Shown here: in pieces, positions 54,001 to 64,000 of the stretch
Layout of the letters: each line of letters opens with the position of its first letter
How positions within the stretch are numbered: position 1 is the first letter of the stretch
Assembly: GCA_036172245.1 (NCBI GenBank)
Contig: JAYWIR010000005.1
Coordinates: 5,456,001-5,520,000 of the forward strand
Direction of reading: 5' to 3'
DNA length: 64,000 nucleotides
From: Raillietiella orientalis
Lineage: Eukaryota
The notes under the pieces: generated by a model
The model's input: the letters and a program-made list of their open reading frames with translations, nothing else
Database searches by the model: none
Told to the model about the DNA's origin: nothing
Position numbers and translations under genes: made by a program

Positions 54001-54460
54001 CATAGTTTAGAAGAGTTAACAGTTGTTTCTAGTAATTGTGCAATAATGACTGCGCCTATTATTTTCATGAAAGGGGCTCTTGGATTGGGAATAATGACCA
54101 ATCAAATTGGAACTTGTGGAAAACCTGGCTAGAAAAGGCCAAGAAGCCTTCATCTAGTGCATGAACAGCAATTCTATTTGTATTTAAATTATGTAAATAA
54201 TCAAGAATTTTATCTACCCTTTCAGGCACAAAACTCTTAAGGTAAACAACATCTGCATAATGTTTCACCAATAATTTTGGAACATACGATGGAAGTTTCA
54301 CAATTTTCTGTTTGGTAAAAACTGTGACAATCCTCGAGGCCGACAAACATTGTGAATTCTTGAGACGGATTTTCTCGAAAATATAAACCAAACGCTGCAA
54401 TTTCCTGAGTCGTCCTCATTTTCCAATTTGCATACATTTTGAAATTACGTACATTTGTTG
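51001..54460 (-). pseudogene. NAPRT: Nicotinate phosphoribosyltransferase pseudogene (intron-containing, frameshifted)
   Basis: Collinear NAPRT segments: AAFGLYFRENPSQEFTMFVGLEDC; VHALDEGFLAF; IIAQLLET/LLTLLNYA (frameshift about 54022); TNAAH..AAGNNLHLLDRGLGREQGPAG..SASRHAY (further frameshifts); DGTSNILVSKLFHISLKETMFHSF; DLGYGATGVCIDSDDWAY; ASNNISEEVILSL..LGIGTHL; YKMVAIGGNSKIRLSEDVKKVSFPEPKNAY; terminal PIGQLS*. The 5' end may extend to about 54560. Confidence 0.85.
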
Positions 54461-57400
54461 AGAACAAGGCTCAAAATAAAATAACAAGCAAAGCAAGTTT
54501 TATAAAGAGATACAGTGAATGCCAACAGTGATGAACATTACCCGATAGCAAGGGCTGTAGGAAATTCGAATGCGGTTCACTTGCAAAATAACACAATACC
54601 ATTGTTTTGTTTTTTTTGTTTTATTATCTCACAGATTTGTAAAATACTTTTATATACCGGAATGAATCTGTCTCAGAACAGTTTGGCATGAGTGGGCAGT
54701 TTGCACGAATGCAGAGATAAACTCCAGTTAATGCAGCTACCAGTCGAAATTGCCAAGAAGCAAAAAATGCATGCGCACGTGTTCCAGGCTACTCGCTTCT
54801 AATTGCAATATTTCTTTCGATAAATACCAAAACAAATGTGTGAATGTCATTTGCATATTTTAAGCGGTCTGGCAATCAAGATCATTCTTCACTGTCAATG
54901 CAAAATAAATAAAACTAGCAAACCATTGAAAAATTAAGTGTTTACGACTGAATTCACAGATTCGCAAGCTACGTGGAAACAGCTATGGAAATTTTCTTTC
55001 GCCTGCTCTAATCGTTGAGGATTCAAAAGCAAAAAAATAAATGAAATACTGTAAGTGAAATGTACTCATTGTGGTCCTATAAGGCAAGAGGTTAATATAG
55101 CTATCTATAACTCTGAAACGATTGAAACTAAATACCACTGTCCAAACTTGATGAACCAATGTGATAAGATACCAATACAATCTTTACTACTACAGTATTA
55201 ATGATATAAAGCAACTTGGGTATGATGTGAGAAACCATAACATTAAGGTTGGTGTTACAGAGCTCGATGGGTTTTTCAAGGTTGAAGGACTGTGAGCCAC
55301 ATATGACGAATCCAACCGCAACGTAAAGAACCAACTCACCCTACAGTTTTGCATACCGAGCCTACTCTGAGTAATTTGGTCTATTCTGTTTGTTGAACAG
55401 ATGCAATAAAGCTTGGAGTTTCTTATCTGGTCTTTATCAAAATGTATTAACTACATGCTCTGCATCTCTGCAGAAAGCTTTTCGTTATTTTTCATTTTTA
55501 TCCGCCGATTTACGGCTCACTCATATCCTTTTTCACGAGGTGAGGTGTTGAATCCTTCAGAACGAAAAATGGATTGGATATACGGACATTCCAGGAACTT
55601 TATGAAGTGTTATTTGAGGCTCTGCAGATTTCACTATTCTCCTAAGATGCTTTTAAAGGAAATTTTTTATACTGATCTTTTTTTCTCACTCTTCCACTTT
55701 TGCGTCTGTAAATCCTCCATGTATGGGTTACTTCTGGCATGAAGTTGACACCAGTAACGCCATGAGACAAAAGTGCAGTACGTAGTATAGCTGAATCCGT
55801 CTCATTAATCCCTACCGTCATGAAGTCAGCCATGAAGAATGGCATTGCTGCAGATCAATGACACTGCTACAGAAATTCGTGGTAGAACGGAGCATCAAAG
55901 GTGCAAATTATGGTCCTAATATCAAAAATGGAAAGAATCGTAAGGACACTATTGTAAGAACTGTTTAACTCTTCCATTCCTAATCTTCCGAAACATTGAA
56001 AAAATGGAAAATATACTAAGTAATGCATTAGAGTCCCAGGTTGAATAGACATTGCTAAACTGTATTTGGTGGATTATATTAGTTATAAAACAGAGTATTC
56101 ACCATAACGCGTTGCAAAAATTCCGTATACGCTCATAAACACTATTGAAAACTGATGGTATGGTATAATGTCAATGATTTTCTTTTCAAGAGCACGGAAA
56201 AACTGTTCTAGCATCAGAGAAGAAAGCTTTTAACTTCGAAACATATCTATTATTAATGTTTCTGTAAACCTTAAGAATAGCATTGCATATTCTTATTTTT
56301 GGTAGATTAGAGAGGCGGTTGACAAGTTAGAGCGGTTCAAGAACTTACAGTGGGTTACGTTAAGTAGGAGCGTATGTATGTTGAGGTTTGTACCTGTAAA
56401 GAACATAATACAATATAACCAAATTAAATTTATCGGCATAAATTTATCAAAAAAAAAAAAAAAAACGTTTCCATGAAACCTCGAATATGAGATTTCATGG
56501 AAACATGAAGCTTCAGGAACAACTCTTGATTTCAACTATTCTTTATCTAGGAAGTCAAAAATACTACTATGCTAAGAAATAAATATATTTATATTTTTTA
56601 GATTCATAAAGTAAGGAAGGCCGTACTGTTATCATCATAACTATAACATGAAAGAATGTGTTGGTTCGGAACGTTTGTAAAGGTCATCCTTTTTGAAGCT
56701 TTGTCTTCATGTCAAATCCAGCCGAACTGGTGAAAGCACTCTCGGGCACAAAACAAATGTAGTATTCACACAAGTCATGGATTATGATACTTTTTGACAC
56801 AAATACTGCAACATGGAAGCATTTTGCCGTGAAACACTGTAATAAGTGAAGTCGTGAGAAATTTAAAAGGGAACCTGAAGCAGCACAAAGAAATTAGAAG
56901 TTGTACTCAGAGATGGAATGTATATCTACTATCACTACAGCAGGATTATCAATTCCAGCTTCACGCTGATGCAAAGGATTAATTTAGATGCAGAATCAAA
57001 ACGTTTCCTCCGTTTTGGAGTGTGTATGCATGTATGTATGTATATATATACATTTATAGGTGAAGGGAACTGTTCATTGTGTGTTTTCTGATTCACTGGT
57101 TATATGTCTGACATGACTGCCATTTAACTAGGTTTTTTTTTAATCTCTTCTGTGGTTTCTTCTGTTGTAGTTCTGGTTTTCTTATCCCCTTCTGAAATAT
57201 TAGTGCCGATTGCTAAATGAATTTTGAACAAATTTCAACCAACTTAACAAAGAAATCGACGTCTTTTTTTTTTTTTTTAACTAATTTTCATTTAAAAATT
57301 CCCCTCATTGACGTATGTACTTATCTGCACTAGAAGCGGACAGGTGTTTTGTTTTGCCTGGATTTATATGTAAGCAAAATCTACTCCTTAGAACAGAACG

Positions 57401-60400
57401 CAAAAAATTCATACTCGAAAGAAAATCTCAGAATCTGCATTTAAATTGAAAAAAGCATTGAATAGCAAACAACGAATTTGATCATTGAATTCATGATAAA
57501 TTAGTGTTTCAATCAAGTGTAACCTTCTATACTTTTTGAGACCAGCGTGCAACAATGAACACCATTTTCTCTCTATGCTTTCATTTTCATGAGCTCACCC
57601 TCCGGAGACAAAAAAAAAAACTTTTGATAAATTATCAGATTAACCTTGGAAACACTACGTATCAAAAAAATTCAGTGTAAGCAGATTTGAGGCGACAACA
57701 CTTCGAAGTACGAATTTTCTTTCCGGCAGCAAACGTAACCGCAGAATTATTCTCTGCTGTCAGCACAGTTGTTTAGGGTGTCTTCGTAAACATTCCAAGG
57801 ATGCCTCAGCAAACAAATCCTGGATAAGCCATCTTTATCTGGGGAGAAAAACTACTCGTCATAGTCGGAAAAAGGTCTTTAATGAGCTAAATCGAATACA
57901 GCGGAAAACACGTTCGAAATCTTGCAACTGTGGATTCTCTCCTGTTGCAATGATTTTCCAAGAACAAAGCATCACATTTCTGGCACATTTTCACAGCGAC
58001 AAAATGTCTGTTGCGTTATCGTGAATATCGGCTCAAGCGAAGGTTAGCCTGAACTTAAGATAATTGGAGGATCTCACCACATATGTGCTCATGACATCTT
58101 TGTATGTTCCTAAAAAAAAAAAAGATGAAGTGTGGAGCTTGCGACATCCAAAAGCTATCCAATAGCTTTGACAGAACTAGTGTTTCGACTATATCTAAAC
58201 TGCATTGCGTGTATTTTTTTTTCATTGTAATTAAGTGAGACTGGTTCTCAATGTAGGCTTTATATTTGTGATGGAAATGGTAAATTTTCATGCAACAGGC
58301 ATTAGTGTTCTGATCCCTCGCGAAAATGTCTGGCCATAAAAAAATGCCTAGCTTTAAACGGCGCATCCATTGAAAGCGATAAGGGACCCCATAAAAAGCT
58401 ATAGGGAGACTCACGTGACCCAACGACCAAGAGGGATTCACACCACTGTATCCCACTGCCTCATCCGTAGTCATGTCATGAAATCTCACTGACAGTTTTC
58501 TCCTCTTTTATCATTGCAAAGTTTTCGTTTGTAAACAGGTTGCCATCACGGCAGGACTATCTCGCTGTTGTCCACTTTTTAGTCGAAAAACACAAACAAA
58601 TCGGAATTCTTGTGTTGCAACTATGTATATTTATGGTTCCTTCTGATACAGCACTCAGGTTGTTGGATTTTGGAGCACAAAAATCTTTTACGTGAATGTT
58701 TTACTGGATACGTGTGTTGCCATGAGTGCCCGAGAGCTCATTCCTTAGCTCACGATGAGCGCAATTAGGAGACAATATGCTCCATACTATTCCATGATCT
58801 TCGTAACTCCATTCGCAGATTGAGTTGGCTCATGTAAAACCAAATTATCAAGAATATTGGGTATTCCGAAAAGTAAAGCAAAACATTTCATGTATATTTT
58901 TGTGTTCATATAAACATCTACAAAGCAAATTATACGAAAATTTACAATATGCATGGGATAAATGAGATTATGTGCTCTCGGAGTATACACTATACTATAG
59001 TGTACTATCAGTTTCTGGTCGTCTGTATTATTAGTTGGCACCATCTCATTCTATACAATCACTGATATGCTCACAAGTGGTTATTGTGAGGCAGAAGATT
59101 TTCTCTTACGGACCTGTTTCCGGTTGTTGCAACTTCAGATTCAGTGAAAACAAACGAAATGGTTGCGAGTCAAACATTCAAAACAGCTTTATACTTGGGA
59201 CGGCTCGTTTCCATGTAACTCAGGGGATTAATGGGAAAAATTCAGAACCATTGCCTTGTCCTTGCTTCCCAGTTCCTTAGCGTTTGCAAGCAGAGAACAA
59301 GAAGAAAAGAGAACAAAAGCATTTTTATCTTTTACATTTTGTTAATTTCGGTTTGCGATAGTCCCAATGCGTTCAAAGGTAGGTTCATAGGAACAAGACG
59401 GCAACCTCACCGACAGGAACAGCAAAAACTCCTACCGATGCCGAAGTCGGCAACATGCCGAGTCGCTGTGAGGACTCTCGCCACAACTCTTCTAGGAATG
59501 AGGAACACAAGGATCATCAACGAAAATTAAAAACACATGCATTACACGCTAGTGGCATGTGAATGCAAAGAGCATGAGAGTGAATTCAGTCGACCACACC
59601 ACGATGGCACTCTCACTCATACAGATTGGACTTACGAATCTGGAAACTCTGCTGCTCCCACTTTCTGCCTAAAGAAGAAAAACAAAGAAGGCTTCTTTTT
59701 CCTTTTCTGGTACTACCAGGCATCCTTTCTCACGTGCATCCAGGAGGACTATTGTGAAGGATCGGAAAGACTTGTTTGCTTGTGAGCGTAAACAGTCCTT
59801 TCAAGTCGCTTCTTAAAGAAAGCATATTCTTCTTTTCGTTTCGATCATCCAATGCTGTTTCGTAGGTGTTCAAGCCACCTTTTCTGCAACATGAGTGACA
59901 TAGCCAAGTTAAAAAAAGGGACGGATTTCTGTAAGTATCCAGTGAAAGGCCAACAGTTTGATGCATGGGTCATTCGTTAACTTGGAAAAGAGCCATTGAG
60001 GAGTAATTACTGAGAAGCTTCTGGAAAACTGTTTAAAAGAGAAGAAACAGGCACGACATGGCACAAAAAGAAGACAAAAGACCCTCTGATTTGTCTTTGG
60101 CGTACTTCTCGTGATATAATTGGCTGTTGAATCAACAAAAGAGCTGCAGAAATGAAGAGTCTCTTCGTTCCCATCATCAAAACACTCCTCAGTTCTTGAT
60201 GTGCTCTTCATGATGCAAAGGCATCTGCATCTTTTCAAATCTGTCGTATTTCTTTTGAATACAACAAATTTGTGTACACAGATATACCCGTACGAATCAT
60301 ATGCGCGGAGGAATGGCATGTTGATAGAATCTGTAATCCACCCAGTGAGGATTCCTAGTATGCAGTATTCCTCTATGCACGCAGAACGATGCTATGTCTT

Positions 60401-60587
60401 CGGGATCTTGGAAAACACTTCCTTGGCCAACACAGTAACTTGTGCATAGATCGGCTCATGTCGAAGATGGGAAACTTTCCGCATCGAAGCAGGAAGCAGG
60501 ACGTGGTCTTGTGCTTAGAATCTTCCGGAATAATCTGCGCTGGCTTTTCGCTCTCGGAGATCAAAAGCAGTGTCCCGACGAGACAGC

Positions 60588-60608
60588 AATAAATAAATAA
60601 ATAAATAA
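60588..60608. repeat. (AATA)5 microsatellite
   Basis: aataaataaataaataaataa. Confidence 0.9.
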
Positions 60609-61299
60609 AAATGCGTGCATGAAAATCAGATGATAAAGGGGTTGAGAAAACATCAAGAACAGCAACGGAAAAATGTCAGCAGCTAAAGCTACGTACGCAT
60701 TTCGCGGATGTTTGAAGATCCGAAGGTGAAACTCGTGAATCTTTTTTAAAGAACGAGAATTCTAATTCAAGGATGGACATATCGTCAGATACCATCAGCC
60801 ATTGAAAAATTTTCTGGGGAGCAGAATATCGAAAAAGCCCACCAGGAGATGTAAGTGGGAGATTGGATTCAGAAAGCGTGCGTCGGAGGCTGCGAGAAAG
60901 TATACGGGATGAATTATAAATTATCCCACCTTACTCGGGTGTATGCCGTCTGGTACGCAAGGTGAATCCTAGTAGGAACTGCGACTTGTATGAAGTCCAG
61001 TTCTCTTTCTCTCTCTCTTTCTCCAGAAAAATCAAAGGACTTGGAGGATTCCTGGAGAGATACTCCTTTATCTTGGAATAAGGCGAGTCCCTGCCCGTAG
61101 GTAGGCAAGCTGAGCACGCTGGACGCAAATGCAGGGTAGCCGGAGATCACGATTTATTTTCTCGCGCAAGACTCGCTGTGTGCAAGGCCAGATGCTGAAA
61201 GAACACATGGCGGGGGAATCGGAAGATTGTCCTGAATGAGAACCGTCCACCTGGCAGACCCACCACTCACCGGTGCATCGCTTGCTCCACACTACGAAC

Positions 61300-61510
61300 C
61301 TATATATATGTTCATTGTATAATAAGAATTTATTATGTAATAGGCACATTTTAATAAAATCTTATATATATATTAATAATTTATTAATACATGCTATTAA
61401 TAGTATCAATAATATATTAACAGATATTAATAAATGTGCATGTTAAAATAAATTTACATATTAATCTACAGACAAATACAGATATTAAATATAATGAGCA
61501 CATACTTATT
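61300..61510. repeat. Extremely AT-rich low-complexity tract
   Basis: Almost only A/T with recurring TATTAA units. Confidence 0.8.
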
Positions 61511-62949
61511 TTTCATGATCTTTCGAGATCCCGAGATTTTGAACCAAACCTCTTGATCCACGTTAGCGAGGTATCTACAGGTGACCAGAAGATAAGAATT
61601 GCTTACTGCTGAAGATTCGCTGACACCCTGATTAGGATGCAACGCGTAAAAATCAGCCCTTGGTGTGCATGAAATGATTCTCTCTTAGAAACGAACGCGA
61701 AACACCCAATTGCTGTCTCCTATCAACAGCGAACCATCTCACCATACTCTTCGACATCACAGTTCTGTAACCTCCACACCTTCGGATGTTCTATACTCGT
61801 GAGCAGCCTCCCTTTTCCCTCTCTCCTCATACCTAAGATTACGGTTGAAGGTCAGATGGTCTCCCTACCCCAACAATTATTTCTTAAACCGAAAAAAGGA
61901 GCATCAAACCAAAGTGGGATTGTGGTGCAAGCTGCTGCTTTCATTCCAGAGATGGGACAGGAAATCCTCATCGTCGACCTAGAGCTGCACTTGAATCGGA
62001 GGAGCCGAAACTTCCCACGGGAGCAGCGAAGGTCAGCGGCATGGAAGCAAAGTTACGAGTGACATCAGGTGAACGAACTTTCCACGCCTTTTCGTCTAAG
62101 GATGTGCCGAATCGTCGAAGTTTTGGAGTGCTCGCCATCAACTAGTGACTCCTTTATCTTAAGAGAACAGACTTCTTGCAAGTCATCACCTGCGGGATCA
62201 CACGTTGCAAACCTGATAGACACACAAATGCTTTCTTAAGTCTTTTGTCTGTGGCTGCAGTTACCTCGGACCCCACATGCAACAACGTGCAACCGGAAAG
62301 AGAAAAAAAAAAGCAGTGTCTGAAGATGACTGTGGAATTATTCAGGCTGCAGGCAGGAAATTCTAAAGAGACCACTCTGACTGAATCAAAAACGTGGCAC
62401 AAGCACACTTACTGCTACTACCTGTCGCTATAGCAACGAAATCGGCAGGAGAACTGCGGGAAAGGACGCATTACTGGGCTACCTTGCTCCTCTTCGACCT
62501 CTACCCCGGAAAAAATATTCTCCCTTCTTGGTCAATTAAAACCGTTCCAGCCAGTTATTTGATTTGGAGGAAACGGACCAGAAGAATGAAGTTCGAAGAA
62601 CTCAAAAGCAAGTGGAGCCATCATTCCCTGGATGGGGGGAGGGAGGAAGGGATTTTCATGCTGCTGAATCCAAAGATGTGCTTTGATCTGATTCCCTCGT
62701 GATATTGCCGGAACTGAACATGGCTCATCAAGAGCAGCGTTAACGGCGTTACAGAATAAGTTGAAGGGGGTGAGGGGTGTGCGGGAAATAAAGCACCATC
62801 AATGCGCAGAAAGTTCTCGTTCGATCCTTTCAAGTTGCAGAGAGGCTTCTTTGATGAGCTCGGATGGATGCTGGGTGGAGGAGGCGTTGCCCCCCAGCAA
62901 TGATAGTCGAGGAACTTGCAGCTGCTTCTACTGCAGCCGGTGATCGACC

Positions 62950-63750
62950 TCCGTTTAGTGCCTTCGCGCATCAGGGAGCAGAATCCGGATTACTCGAAAA
63001 TCCCGATGAATGTTCTCTTGAATTTATTTCTCAAGATGGTTTTCGATTCTCCTTCTTTTGAGTAAAAAAGAAAAATGAAACAAAACGATGCCCTCGGCAG
63101 ATTTCACGGACGGAGGCGCTGGTCCTTCGACAACTAGCATGCCACGGCATTGTCTGGCTGCTCGTGACCGAATGGTGCTGGATCCGCTGACTATTCCAGA
63201 AAGGGGCCTAATGTCCAGGATCCGCCTAAAAGACTTGGCGGCTCTGCGTCGGGATGCCGGCTTGGGCATCCTGACGTTGGAGAGGATCGAACTGCAAGTG
63301 CAGTTTCGAATGTTGGCCCCTTGCGCCAATCTTTGGTCCACTCCGTGGTGTGCTCCCGCGCGCCTGCTACTGCGGCTCTGCATCGGCAGCGAAGGACTTC
63401 TGTCGCTCCTGCCGCATACGGAGTGCGCCACGAGAAGCATCGGTTTTCCCTTGAAACCGCTCTACCGGCTCCTGGAACCCACACTTGGATCTCCTGCCGT
63501 CCAACGAACTTAACACCTGGCAGCGTTATCGTCCTGGGCAAGGTATCGGGAAGTGCCGATAATCGAACTTCGTTGCGTGCACCTTTTCCCTTATCCTCCT
63601 TTGGAAGATGTGATGCAAGACCAAGGCAAGTGGACCTGCCTGGCCGCCATGCCCCTTGCCGCAGCGCTGTCTGCCCTCAGGGCATCAGAAGACAGTTGTC
63701 TACCGGGAAGGTGGGAGGTCATCTACACTATCGCAGGAGCAACCTGACCC
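62950..63750 (+). mobile_element. Degenerate non-LTR retrotransposon (post-RT region)
   Basis: GLLENPDEC (GLxxNxxK) followed by RIRLKDLAALRRDAGLGILTLE (LxxPxxxGGLGIxxL); interrupted by stops. Confidence 0.4.
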
Positions 63751-64000
63751 ATGGGCGGCTGGAGGACTAGCGAGCTGGCAGAAGCCGCCACGCCTCGCAA
63801 CATCCCTAAGGGACTCCTTCGTGGAGCGAACTCTTGAGTGTGCCCCCTGAAGAACTTTGGTCCCTCCCTCGTGCGTGGACACTTCTGTGTTCCCCCTTTC
63901 GTGGAAACAGGATGCAATCTTGCTGGTGCATTGGGGCTTCCATTGCAACCAGCGCGCGAACATTGTTTCTGGGGGAGTTGCCTCCCCGAACAGTAAAAGG

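Noticed and set aside
61530..61580. tRNA-SINE-like B box on the minus strand
   Set aside because: Too degenerate; no cloverleaf and no second copy in the window.
1..64000. CRISPR arrays, operons, rRNA or tRNA genes, hammerhead ribozymes
   Set aside because: Spliceosomal eukaryotic DNA. No regularly spaced repeats or RNA gene structures were seen, and the CTGANGA hits lack the GAAA core and stems.

Overview
Eukaryotic, almost certainly arthropod, genomic DNA in two compositional compartments. About 1-26 kb and 60-64 kb is GC- and CpG-rich and gene-poor. It holds one arthropod-type secreted C-type lectin gene and several highly decayed non-LTR retrotransposon remnants; most long ORFs there are spurious. 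About 30-57 kb is AT-rich, CpG-poor and gene-dense, with very short introns (many 40-60 nt). It holds FAF2/UBXD8 (+), WDR35/IFT121 (-, stop codon only 23 nt from the FAF2 stop), PIG-W (-), RPLP1 (-, missed by the ORF track) and an intron-retaining but frameshifted NAPRT pseudogene (-). The most notable observations are (1) two candidate box C/D snoRNAs in adjacent RPLP1 introns that target neighbouring uridines of one 18S rRNA segment and share a covarying non-canonical box C (AUGAUUA)/box D (AUGA) pair, and (2) the decayed NAPRT locus. All calls were made by eye, with homologies recognised from memory; no searches were run.
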